A stretch of DNA of 64,000 nt, taken from the human T2T-CHM13v2.0 reference genome, Homo sapiens. Where the stretch lies: NCBI RefSeq assembly GCF_009914755.1, contig NC_060939.1; one strand, 5' to 3'. Shown piece by piece: positions 41,311 to 54,735 of the stretch. The notes beneath the pieces were generated by a model, which was not told the origin of the DNA, ran no database searches, and saw only the letters and a list, made by a program, of their open reading frames with translations. Each line of letters opens with the position of its first letter. Positions within the stretch are counted from its first letter, which is position 1. Made by a program: the position numbers and the translations under genes.

Positions 41311-42193
41311 TGATTGTGAAAGCCTCTGACTAGTGTTAGACTTTTTCCCTTTGGGTATGCATTGTCCTTTGTGAACATTGAGACTTTTGGCCTTCATTCC
41401 AGTGAGCTTACAATTTCGAAAGTTGATTTGGCTTGCAGTCAGAGGCCATTAATTAGGGGCAAGAAGATGTTTGGTGTTTCTGTATTTCAGCTGTCTCTGG
41501 GTTAACCAGGGTCAGGGTTTTTCTAGGGACAGGAACTCCCTGTGCTGAAACAGGGGCGATGATACCATGCAAGGCAGGACTCCCAGGGCAGTGACTGGAT
41601 TTTAGACAGGGCAGGATAACCTGGATGGTCTCTTCATTTACTTGGTTTAGGCACGTTTGTATTTACTCATTTTACAGATGTTCATGAAGAACCCGCCATG
41701 TGCTGGACACTGCTGTCTATCCCAGGTTCGTTTTATACCTTGGCTAACCTGTCTCCTCGATCTCGTGGTCTTCCTGTCTTTCAAGTCTCAGTTTGGGCCT
41801 CTCACGAACTTGATTCTTTCTGCCTCTCAGAGGGAGAATGTAACTTAATGTTAGCATTTAATTAATGCTGAGTTGAAACATTGATTTATGGTATGACTTA
41901 CCTCTTTAAACTCCTTGCATTTAAGATTGAGATAGAGACCAAATTGTCCCTAATTCTTACATATCTTCCCCCTCTCCTTTCTTAAGTATATGGTACAGGT
42001 TTCATTCATTGGGAGAACAGCACTGTGAACTTGGCAAGAGCACGGTCCTGGCTGCAGATCGGTAAATACAACCAAATGGCAGAGCATTTTTTCTGTAATA
42101 GACTCCTAACCTAACGGGTGGGGTGGTGTTTGTGCCAAACGTCAGGGAGGACGGTGCTGACTGTCCTCACTGTCCTCCTCTGCTTTGGTGAAT

Positions 42194-42207
42194 GTTTCCA
42201 TGGCAAC
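42194..42207. promoter_or_regulatory. RFX X-box motif (candidate)
   Basis: GTTTCCATGGCAAC matches GTTNCCATGGNAAC. Confidence 0.35.
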
Positions 42208-42839
42208 CTCTCTTGCTGTTCTCTTCTACCCCTATCCCTGTCTTGCCCTTGGCTGTGGCCTCCTGGATCCCCGCAGCAGGAATTATTGACCGTCCTACTT
42301 TTACTTAGGATTGATACCTCCCTTCTAAAGTAGAGCTGTCATGGAAAGCAGCATGTGATACCAGTGTACATCTCTTATCCCTTCAAAAGTTTAGCTCCTT
42401 GAGGCAGTTTCAACCATTTTTTATATCCTCCCTGTGTGGTGCTCAGCAAATACTGAAAGCACGAATGACTGTGACAGCAAATACTGCTCTGAAGGAAGCA
42501 GTCTATAAAACAGGCTATTTCTATCCTGGAAAACGGCCTGTGGAAACAAAGCCAGGTTCTGGATATAGTCACATTGGTATATAATACATAGCTGGTTCAT
42601 CAGGTGCTTTATCCATCTCCTGCTCACTTCACATTCATGCTCTGGGACAGCGTTTCCTGATGAAGCTCATTTCCTAGTGAAAATCCATCGAACTAATGAT
42701 GGGTCAGATGTGGGTAAGTGTAACGTGGTTCCAGTACAAGCAGAGATGGATTGGTCATGAAGATTAGCTTTAGGGCCCCTCACATGGAGGGATCCCTTGC
42801 AAGGCCCTGTGCTCATTTGTATTATTTACTTATCTAATA

Positions 42840-42990
42840 TTTTTGAGACACCGTCTTGCTCTGTCACCCAGGCTGGAGTGCAGTGGCACAATCATAGCTC
42901 ACTGCAGCCTCGAACTCCTGGGCTCACGTGATGTCTGTGCTTCAGCCTCCTGAGTAGCTGGGAGTACAGCCACATGCAACCATGCCTGGC
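42840..42990 (-). mobile_element. AluJ right monomer / FRAM
   Basis: Reverse right arm only. Confidence 0.8.
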
Positions 42991-43069
42991 TTTTTAACTT
43001 GTGTGAGCTTCATGTGAATCCACCCCTGAATACATGTAAACAGAAAACACTGAGGTAAACTAAAGATAG

Positions 43070-43312
43070 AAGAAACCAAGATATTATTTCCTACTCTCTT
43101 TCACAGTCACTCAACAATCCTGACTCCATTGTCTGTTGGGGCGGGAGGACGTTCCCCACACAAAGCAATTCTCCGGCAGATTCTTCAGTGGACAGCAACT
43201 GGATGTCCTCTAATTTAACTCAATTTTTACACCATCTACCTGGAGATATAGGGTCAGATCCCATAGGTTGAGGGTTTAGCCCCACAAGATTGCCCACTTC
43301 AGATGCCAGTCC
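43070..43312 (-). mobile_element. MER21 LTR 3' part, inverted
   Basis: CTACCTGGAGATATAGGGTCAGATCCCATAGGTTGAGGGTTTAGCCCCACAAGATTGCCCACTTCAGATGCCAG is reverse MER21. Confidence 0.7.
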
Positions 43313-44288
<976 letters not shown>

Positions 44289-44329
44289 TTAATACCCAAC
44301 CTTCAAAATAAAATCAAAACAGAAACATT

Positions 44330-44810
44330 TTGCTGCTGTAACAAATTACTACACATTTAGTAGCTTAAAGCAACACACATTTATTAACTTAGGTTCTAGA
44401 GTTCAGAAGTCCTAAACTCAAGGTGTCAGCAGGGCTGTGATTTTCCTGGAGGCTCTAGGAGAGAATCCATTTCTTTGCTTTTTCCAGCTTCTTGAGGCCG
44501 CCTGCAGTTCTTGGCCTAGTGGTCCTATCTTCCGTCTTCCGAGCCAGCAGTGCCACATCTTCTAAGCTCTCTCTCACCTGTCCTTCCACTGTCCCACCTC
44601 CTGTCTTCTGACTTTGGTCCTCCTACCTCCCCTCTTTTCAGGACCTTTGTGATTACACGAGGTGCACCTGGATAATCCAGACTAATCTCCCCATCTCAAG
44701 ATCCTCCTCAATCATGTTTGCAAAGTTCCTTTTGCCATGTAAGATACCATTCACAGGTTCTGAGGATTGGGGTGTGAATATTGTTGGGGGGCCATTGTTC
44801 AGACTACTGT
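44330..44810 (-). mobile_element. MLT1 (D-like) LTR
   Basis: TGCTGCTGTAACAAATTACTACAC...GGATAATCCAGACTAATCTCCCCATCTCAAGATCC. Confidence 0.8.
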
Positions 44811-45315
44811 AGTTATAATTTTAATATTAAATTTGTTATATTCTTTGGCAATCCAGCTTAATAAATGCCTTCTGTTATCTCTTCTGATAGCAGTGTTTGG
44901 TTTTTGTGCCCTTCCTGCTTCCTTAACTGGTTCTAATATAAAACTTTAATTTGTTTTATCACCATTAACAATTTCTGTTGGACACTGACATTAATTGGCA
45001 AAAGTTCTGCATCTTTGTTATAATACTAACACTTGGGCAATAGGAACGTATTTTGGGCTATGAATGAGCTTTTTATTAAAGCTGTAAAGGAAGATTTCTT
45101 TTCCTCTTCATCAATTTGTATTCCCAGCTACCTCAAAGGAGGCCCAATCAACGTCTATTAAAATTCCTGAACTTCAAACTTTAGATTAAAGGAGCATTGG
45201 AAAGAGATTAGATGAGAGTAGGGTATGGACATTCCTCCCTCATTTTCCCTGATTTCACCTGCTGATTAGAGAATCTGAGATTCAGTCTGTAGGGTGTGTA
45301 TAAAATGGGAGTCTG

Positions 45316-45595
45316 AGCCAGATGCAGTGGTTCATGCTTATAATCCCAGCACTTTGGGAGGCAGAGGACAGAGGATTGCTTGAGCCCATGAATTTGAGAT
45401 CAACCTTGGTAACGGCGAAACCCTATCTCTACAGAAAACAAAAAATTAGCCAGGCATGGTGATATGTGGCTGTAGTCCTAGCTACTTGGGACGTTGAGGT
45501 GGGAGGATCCCTTGAGCCCATGGCAGTGAGCCATGATTGTGCCACTCTGCTCCTGCCTGGGTGACAGAGCAAGACCCTGTCTCAAAACAAATAAA
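45316..45595 (+). mobile_element. AluJ, diverged
   Basis: Dimeric Alu with a small deletion. Confidence 0.87.
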
Positions 45596-47246
45596 GGGGA
45601 GAATCTGTTTTCTAGCAGTTCATTGATGTTAGCAGTTTACCATCCAGTCAAGAACCTTTATTGAGCACCTACCGATGTGAGCCTTGGAGGGATTTTAATA
45701 GCTAATGGTGGGGTGGAGCCGTTTGAACCTATAAAGAAGTCTGAGAAGCCAGAGAGGGAGAAGGCAGGCCAGGGAAATATTGAGGAGGAGGGTGAGGCTA
45801 GTAATTCTGGATGCTGCTTAGAGGGCAGGACGAGGAGATCTGAGAAATGGGCCTTGGTCTTCAATGATGTGAGGTCACTGGTCTCCATGGAGGTGACAAA
45901 TCCCATGTGGACCATATCTTCAGATGACTTCATTCTCTGGATGCAGTGGTTTGAATCTTATGTAAGAAGTAAGTTCCATGAAGCGGCATAGGCCTTTGTC
46001 TTGGAGCTTTTGTGAATTCCCAAATTTGTGAATACTCCCATAGCATATAACTTAACCTATAAAATGGAATAATGTAGACTTTGAAGATTTTGAATTGGTC
46101 CATATGTCTGCTTTCTAAAGAACCCTCATTTCTTAGTCCTTTTGCCTTTGTCTCCATTTCCGGCACCAGCACAAGGCTGTTAGTAACTGGTGCTGTCAGT
46201 GGTTCTTCACCGCACGGTCCTGACTCACTCTTGTGTCATGAACAATGGTGAGGCGTGTTGGAGTCATTTGCTTCTAATTACTGGCTAAGGCTCTAAACTT
46301 TTTGGATGACTTACTAGAAAAAGGCAGCAAGGCAACTATTGTATTACTGTTTTTCCCATGTATGTATTCCAAAGTGCTTTACTGAGTGCGGCAGGAGGGG
46401 TAGAAGCAGAGCCAGCTGCTGCTAGGGTGCATATGGTGTTGGATGCTGACAAAGGCATGTGGGGTTGTGCAGCATTGCCTGTCATCTGCAGTGTTGGTGC
46501 ATGTGTATGTTTGGGGGTTGGTTGAGAGCCACTGGGCCTTACTGATGAACTAAAAGTACAAAGAACCACTATGCTTTAACAAAATTACAGTTATTATGTA
46601 TCATAACCATGGAGTTACCAGGCAAATGCCCAGTGTCAGCTATCCAGGTCAAGTTCTGGGCAAGAGAGAGAATACCAGGCTTGGGGATATCAGGGGTCAG
46701 GGAGGCCTTACTGGCAGAATTGATCTTTAAGATAGAACTGGAGCTGTTGAAATGCCCAGGCTGCAGCACCTGCAGGTGTGACCCAGCTGACTCCAGGCCT
46801 TCAGAGCAGTCGTTCTTATCCCTGCCAGTGGATAGGAATCACCTGTGGTTTTACAGTGACCTCCACCTCCACCTTTGGAGGTCTTGAATCTGTATTAGCA
46901 AATAACAACTCCCTTTCTCCTGCCCCCAAGCAACTCTAATGTATATGCTATATACGTTAGAGTTTATCTCATGATACTTTTATGCTGGTGGAGGAATAAG
47001 AGGTATCACAGTGTCATCATTGGAACTCTTTAGAAACAAACAGTGACTCACATGCATAATACACTGGTGCACACACACACCCTTAAGTAGCATTTGTTTG
47101 AATATAATCAGGCCTTACATAGTGTATAAGTAAACATAAATGTAGCTGTTTGAGAAGTAAAATGCTGAAACTATTAATGTGATGTTCCAATAAAAAGTCA
47201 GTCAAGCGTCTTATTCAGCTATACAAATTACAGATGTCAGTATTAG

Positions 47247-47546
<300 letters not shown>

Positions 47547-47582
47547 CCTTTCTTGATATTCTTGATACTGAGCTCTGTAGTC

Positions 47583-47888
<306 letters not shown>

Positions 47889-48114
47889 TAAGCTCTGTAG
47901 TCTTAAACTCCTAATAAGCATCTGGAATCTTCTGAGCGCTTAACTCCCATTTTAGCAGAGCTTGGGTCTTCTTTTTGTATTTTAATTCCTTGTAATTGGT
48001 ATGCCTCTGTCCTACTGCCTGTGGTATTCAGATCACTAGACTACCTTAGATTCCTTTACCTGCTGGAAAACCAGCTGGAGTCTAGAAGAGTGCTTACTTA
48101 AATCACAGAAGGAA

Positions 48115-48250
48115 CATTAGCTAGTGAGTCAGACGACTTGGGTTCTAGTCATGGTTCTACTGTTGACTTTTTTGTGACTTTGGATGATCCGTTTTACATC
48201 TCTGGACTTCAGTTTTCTTATATAAAAAAATGAATGGAACTTTACCTGAT
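48115..48250 (+). mobile_element. MIR
   Basis: GAGTCAGACGACTTGGGTTCTAGTC...TGTGACTTTGG...CTTCAGTTTTCTTAT. Confidence 0.7.
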
Positions 48251-49090
48251 CGCTGTGATTTTAAACATTTTTTTGTATTCTAAGACACATCTGTGATTTT
48301 TACCGTTGGGTCTAATACTTTCAAATCAAACAATGTATTCAGTATCTCTACAAGGGCTGGACTGGGGGCTGTAGGGTATTCAAAGACATGTAAGTTGTGC
48401 TTCTAGCTCAAATGAATATTCTACTTAAGATAATATGTAAATACACACAGAGCTAAAGAACACAAGATTAAATAACCATTCAAACCGGACAAGGCATAAT
48501 TAGTTGTTAGATGAATGGAATAGATCAGCATTTCCCAAACTCTAACGTGGATCATCAGTTCTGCAAGAAGTTAATAGGGCTTCCTGAACAAATGGGTTTT
48601 TAGGTCAGTGGAGTTTAGAAAATGTTGGGTCAAACAAAATCAAACAGTTTATTTGTTAAAGGCTTCTTGGGGCCTTTAATAAATTAATCTCCATAATGAA
48701 CGCATAGCTGCATAATCTTTGGTTTCCCAGACTTTGTTCAAGAAGCCTATATTTATTTATTTATTTGTTTATTTATTTATTTAATTAGGAACTATTCACT
48801 ACTTGAATGAATGCAACTTGGGAAGCTGGTATTAGTGCTAAGTGTGTTAGGAGTTTAAGGTGAGAGAGGTAGTTTCGACCTGGATGGCCAAGGAAAGTTT
48901 TACGAGGTAGTGGGTCCAGAACGTCGGGGTGGGTTGCACAGTGGGAGAGGCTGGGAGGAGCACTTGGAAACAGCATGTGGCTGAGCTGTGAGACAAGTGA
49001 ATGGAATGGAGTGGTGGATGCTTCACACTTCAAAATCTCTGAGGCTCAGTCTTTCTCCTGGAAGTGCTCCTTGGACAGAGTTAACTTTAC

Positions 49091-49371
49091 TTTTTTTTTT
49101 TTTTTTTTGAGATGGAGTCTCGCTCTGTCGCCCAGGCTGGAGTGCAATGGCGCGATCTTGCTCACTGCAAGCTCCGCCTCCTGGGTTCACGCCATTCTCC
49201 TGCCTCAGCCTCCTGAGTAGCTGGGACTGTGGGCACCCGCCACCACGCCCGGCTAATTTTTTGTATTTTTAGTAGAGACAGGGTTTCACTGAGTTAGCCA
49301 GGATGGTCTCGATCTCCTGACCCCGTGATCTGCCCGCCTTGGCCTCCCAAAGTGCTAGGATTAGCCCGGCC
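49091..49371 (-). mobile_element. AluY with a ~17-nt deletion near its 5' end
   Basis: Y diagnostics. GATTAGCCCGGCC junction. TSD CAGAGTTAACTTT. Confidence 0.9.
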
Positions 49372-51134
49372 CAGAGTTAACTTTTCTCCAGAGTTCCATA
49401 TCCCCAGAGGCTATGAAGGGTGCTCGGCCCCGCCCCACTCACTCTTGTGCATTTCTGGTTTTGTTCCTGCTATGTCCCATTACAAGCCAATTCGTAGGCT
49501 TGCTCAGTCTGACAGGCTACAAATGAGGTGCTCGTGACACCAGAATAGAACTTGGCTATTCCTCACTGTGAGTGGGCCAGGACTGAGCTTCCAAAGGCTG
49601 GCCAAGGGCTGGCTGCCACTGATGCAGAATCCTCCCAGGAGGAGCCCAGGAATCTGTATTTCCAACAGGCCCCAACGCCTTGGATTTAGGAGACGAACTT
49701 GGAGCAGAAGCAGCATGGCTCTGACTGGGCCCAGGGAGCCTGCATAGTGCCTCCTTACATTAGATTTCACTGGATCCTCTCAGTTGTCCTGGGGAAGGCT
49801 TGGGTGATCTATGTGCTATCCGCTGCAGTCCACAGCACTGAGGAGTGACAGGATTCCCAGTCAGGGCCTAATTCCGTATAGCTGCTCTTGAACAAGTACA
49901 TCCCAATGCTTTACAGAGTTAGGTAGCAGTTATTGAGTCACTCATTTGCAAATGTAGTTATAGAAATGCATGATCATATTAGAAGGATCCAGGGAGGAAA
50001 GAGTTAGGCTTGTACTGGGCAGGCTGAATGAGCTTCACTTCTGGATTCGGTTTATTCTGTTGTGTGTTTGCTCCTCCTCCAGTACCCTCTCTGTCATGTG
50101 CTGCTTTTCTAAAACCTGTGTGGAATTATTTATTACAGAGAGATACCGGGTTTATTATTTGTAAGGGCGAGAACACTTGACATGCAGGGGGAGGGAAAGA
50201 CATTGACGTTGTAATCCTGTGGTGTAGCTTATTTTTAATCACAGAGAGAAATGCTGAGGTTTGTTTTAACTGAGATACAAAATGTTAGAAATAAGCTTTG
50301 GTTGTTAGGAATAGTAATTCACAGAGCGGTCTCTAGATTCACTATGTTAGCCCAAATCTGAGGCAAGCAAGTTCTTTTAAAGCCCAACATCAGAACTCAT
50401 GTACTGACCTAGTTTAAAATGTTAAAAGTGCAGCTCATCCCATCAGGAGGAAACTACTATAGAGCGTGCTCTTCGAGTTTCTTCTTTATTTGTCTAGGGG
50501 GCTTCTTTTTTCCTCAGAGAGAGGGCATTAGTTGCATAATTTTGCAGGGCAACTGGCTTCTTATTCCTTTTGCACTCCTTAGTGGTGTCTCAGCTTTGCA
50601 GTTTTAGGGGGAAATGAGCTTTGATGTGTAGTAAAAATGATAACTGATTTTAATATAAAATAGTGAATGCTGGGTATTAAACTCTTGGGCAGCAGGAGAC
50701 ATAACGTGTCAGAGAGCATTAGTTTTCAAAACCTGAAATGAAGTGGCTTAACTCGTCAACAGAAGCCCTGGCGATGCAGCAAGTCTTAAGAGGAGGGGAC
50801 CCAAATGGATTGGTGAGTGGTATGGGGAGGGGTGTCTGGGGCTATAATTCCTCCATGCGTAGGTCTTGAAAAGTCTTCTGCATGACCCAGATCTTTTGTT
50901 TCTAGGGGAGGGTCTTTGTCAGAGTTTGGTCCTGATGCTGAAGAGCTTTCTTCCTGTTCCTCTCTCCTCTGCTAAGATCCTTGGGGCTGCAGTAGTTGCT
51001 TCATAGCCCAGTAGATGAGCTAGCTGGCAGAGGGCAGGAAAGTTTACACATTCCTGTGCAGCACCTTTTGCATCAGGACTGCTCTAGTGTTGAGAATCAC
51101 TGTCCTCCGAGTGCCAAATTCTCCTTTAAAAACA

Positions 51135-51388
51135 GGCTGGGTATGGTGGCTCACCTTGTAATCCCAGCACTTTGGGAGGCCGAGACAGGAGGGTTGCTTG
51201 AGCCCAGGAGTTAAAAAAATAAAAATAAAAATTGCTGGACATGGCCTGTAGTCCCAGCGACTTGGGAGGCTGAAGTGGGAGGACTGCTTGAGCCCAAGGA
51301 GGTTGAGGCTGCAGTGAGCTATGATCAAGCCACTCCATCCCAGTTTGGGTGACAGAGCCAAACCCTGTCTGAGAAAACAACAACAAAA
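51135..51388 (+). mobile_element. AluJ with a left-arm deletion
   Basis: GAGCCCAGGAGTT runs directly into the A-rich linker. Confidence 0.85.
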
Positions 51389-52108
51389 CCTTGGCCAAAG
51401 CTATGCAGAGAAAGGACAAGAGAAAGTTGGCAGGTAGCCATATTTCCAGGCTTAGCATTCACAATGAAAAGTGCATGGTTCCATGATTTTCTGTCTTTAT
51501 TTTCTGAAATCATGACTACTCCCTTGCTTCCTTCTTGCTGTTTCTTCTCTGTCCTGGTTGTAAAAGAATTTGGGCTCCTGGTGGAATTCTGCCACTGTCA
51601 CTCTCTTCCTCACAAACCTTCAGTAGCTCTCAGTTGCCCCCGTACCTGGACCCCAACTTACTTTCCTAATGTTTTCTGCCGTCTCCTGCAGAATCTCTCC
51701 TCTGGCTTCCAGGCTCTCTCAGCTTCCAGGCCGGCCTCTCAGTGTGTGTCTCAGTAGAGTCTTCACCTTGTGGCTTTTACTCATACTCCTTGCCTGAAAC
51801 GTTCTTCTCCCACCAACCACTAGATCCTACCCTTGGATGGAGCATGAGCGGGGAATTGCTGTTGCTTGTGCACTGGAGTGTGATACCTGAAGCCGAGCCA
51901 GGAGGCAAATCCAGAAGCTGATGGTGTATCCGAGTCACCGTGTTTGTAGAAAGCTTATCCTTTAGTTAACTCGGGCACGAGTTTAACTTGTATGTAAATA
52001 CATATTCAACATAGATAGTCGCCTGTAGGAGATACAGTTGGGGATTCAGCTTTTTTTTAACCTACCATCTGTGAGTATAGCCCTACATCATTAAGTGGCC
52101 CCCATCGT

Positions 52109-52186
52109 GTATGTATGTATGTATGTATGTATGTATGTATGTATGTATGTGTGTGTGTGTGTGTGTGTGTCTGTGTGTGTGTGTGT
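52109..52186. repeat. (GTAT)10(GT)11CT(GT)7 compound microsatellite in an Alu tail
   Basis: Directly visible. Abuts a minus-strand Alu. Confidence 0.93.
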
Positions 52187-52466
52187 TTGAGACAGGGTCT
52201 GACTTTGACATCTGGGCTGGAGTGCGGTGGCATGAACGCTGATCACTGCAACTTTCACCTCTTGGGCTCAAGATATCCTCCTGCCTTAGCCTCCTGAGTA
52301 GCTGAGTACTAGCTCCTGTGTGCTACTATGCCTAGCTAGCTAATTTTTTAGAGATGAGATCTTGCAATATTGCCCAGGCTGGTCTCGAACTCCTGGGCTC
52401 AAGCTGTCCTTCTACCTCAGCCTCCTAAAGTGTTGGGATTATAGGCATGAGCTACCATGCCTGGTC
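52187..52466 (-). mobile_element. AluJ
   Basis: Diverged reverse Alu. Confidence 0.87.
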
Positions 52467-52571
52467 CATATATCTATATATATATTTAGCTCAAATGTTG
52501 TTTCTCCGTTTTTGTTCTTTTAATGTATGGTCTGAGGATCCCTGCCTTTACAGTTGCCTGGAGTTCTCTCT

Positions 52572-52709
52572 CTTTTTTTTTTTTTGGTAGAGATGAGGTC
52601 TTGCTATGTTGCCCAGGCTGGTCTTGAACTCCTGGCCTCAAGTGATTGTCCTACCTTGGCCTCTGAGAGTGCTTTAGTGGATTATAGGTGTGAGCCACTG
52701 TGCCTGACC
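52572..52709 (-). mobile_element. FLAM_C-like monomer
   Basis: Reverse left monomer with poly-T. Confidence 0.8.
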
Positions 52710-52969
52710 TGCCTGGTTCTTGCTAAATTTGAAGATTCCTGGGCACTACTGCAGACCCAGAGCAGAGTCCAGGAGGGACCAGGGCACACTGATGTGATTC
52801 TAAGGGCCGTGTGCACCACAGCCCCACTGCTAGCCCCATGTGTCTGCAGACTGCCCCATGTGTCTAGGGCGTGGTGTGAGGGGCTAGTTGTGGCAGTCTC
52901 GCCAGGTCAGGGTTGGGTGGGCAAGTAAGGGCTGCTGAGGAGAATCTGGATTCTTAAGAGGGGTTGGCT

Positions 52970-53263
52970 GGGCTGGGCACAGTGGCTCACACTTGTAATC
53001 CCAGCACTTTGGGAGGCCGAGGCGGGTGAATCACAAGGTCAGGAGATCTAGACCATCCTGGCTAACATGGGTGAAACCCCGTCTCTACTAAAAATACAAA
53101 AAATTAGCTAGGCATGGTGGTGCGTGCCTGTAGTCCCAGTTACTCAGGAGGCGGAGGCAGGAGGATCGCTTAAACCCAGAGGCGGAGGTTGCAGTGAGCC
53201 GAGATTGTGCCATTGCGATCCAGCCTGGGCGACAGAGTGAGACTCCGTCTCAAAAAAAGAAAA
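52970..53263 (+). mobile_element. AluSc/Y-like
   Basis: GAGATCTAGACCATCCTGGCTAAC. TSD AAGAGGRRTTGGCT. Confidence 0.92.
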
Positions 53264-54034
53264 GAGGAATTGGCTCCACAACCCTGATTACCTGGCCAGG
53301 GATAGACCAGAACTGTGGTGAGGGAGCCTTTGCTGCTGTCCTCAACTAGCTTTTGGGCCTTGCAGAGGTCCATGGGCTTCACGAATGCTTTCTGCCTTTG
53401 ACTCTGTTTTCTCTTTTGATGGTACATATCAAGCCGCTAGAGTGCCCCAAGTCTTGTTTTGTGTCAAACACCCTCCAAGGCAGACGACCTGCAGTTTTAG
53501 ATCGTATATTTATGTGACCTGATGCCTGCTTTGGGGTCTCCAGAGTCAAAAGGGGTGTGTGTGTGTGTACGTGTTGATATTCTTGGGCAAAGGGTGATTG
53601 TAACTGCAGAGACCATGCATCCTCCAGCCCCGAGGCTTTCCTGTCGCCTGTGGAGACAAGCTTCATTGCCTGTGGGGTTCTGGTCCTGGATCATTTCTTA
53701 GAGCTGAGCATGGGGTGATGCCAAGGCCCTTGGGACGCACCAAGGGTTGAAAGAACAGTGGGGTTGTGAGGGTGCTTCTGCAGGGAGCCCTGAGGCCTAG
53801 ACAGACAGGAGCCAGGCGGGCTTGCGAAAAGTCCGTCCTAGCTGCAAACCTGCTCCTCCCTCCGCCCTGGCTTTCCTTGCATTTCATTTGTATCCTGCTG
53901 ATTTGATTTCCTTTTGCATTGTGTAAGGTTCTTAGTAGATACCTATTCCGTGAAGTTAGAGATGAATTAGACACAAGAGAGAGAAAGACCTGGCTAAACT
54001 GGAAATGAGAAGGACGTCGACAGTTTAAAAACAC

Positions 54035-54298
54035 ATTATGGTAAAAATAAACATAACACGAAATTTACTACTTTAACCATTTGTAAGTGTATAGTTGAGT
54101 GGCATGAAGTACATTCACATTGCTGGGCAGCATCACCACCATCCATCTCCAGAACTCTTTCATCTTGTAAAACTGAAACTGCCCATTACTGCTTATCCTC
54201 CTTCCCTCCAGCCCTTGGCAACCACCAGTCTACTTTGTCTTTGTGATTTTTGACTACTCTAGGTACCTCAATCAGTGGAATCATACCGCATTTGTTTT
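54035..54298 (-). mobile_element. L1MB-like 3' end
   Basis: CATAACACGAAATTTACTACTTTAACC...CACCACCATCCATCTCCAGAACTCTTTCATCTTG...AGTGGAATCATAC. Confidence 0.8.
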
Positions 54299-54545
54299 CT
54301 AAGTTCACATTTTTCTGTGTCGATACTTTAAGTCCAATAAGTTAAGAGGAGAAGGGACTTAACTTGCCTCTCCTTTGGAGACAGTCCTCCTGCTCCCTTC
54401 TGCCTGTCCTTGTTGCCCAGAGTGGCGGGGCCAGTGTACTGCTTTACCTAATCCTCTGTGTAGAATGGACTGGCAGCTGGGGGCTCTCGAAGTTTGCTTC
54501 CAGCTGTTCTTGGGATTTAGTGTTTTCCCTGGAATGAAGATGAAG

Positions 54546-54735
54546 CAGGGTTGCCAGATAAAATGCAGGCTGCCCAGGTGAATTAAATCTCAGATAAACA
54601 GTCTATCATTTATAGTATAAGTATCTTCCAAAGACTGCATGGGAAATACTTATACTGCAGAATTATCTGTGGTTTACCTGAAATTCAAGTTTAACTAGAT
54701 TTGCTGCATTTTTGCTGCTAAATTTGGGTGATCCA
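54546..54735. mobile_element. MER53 palindromic hAT MITE
   Basis: CAGGGTTGCCAGATAAAAT terminus. Central palindrome AGTATAAGTAT...ATACTTATACT. Confidence 0.8.

Noticed and set aside
42399-42584. 61-aa ORF with a protein-like look
   Set aside because: No recognisable family, non-ATG start, and it overlaps an L2-end-like motif.
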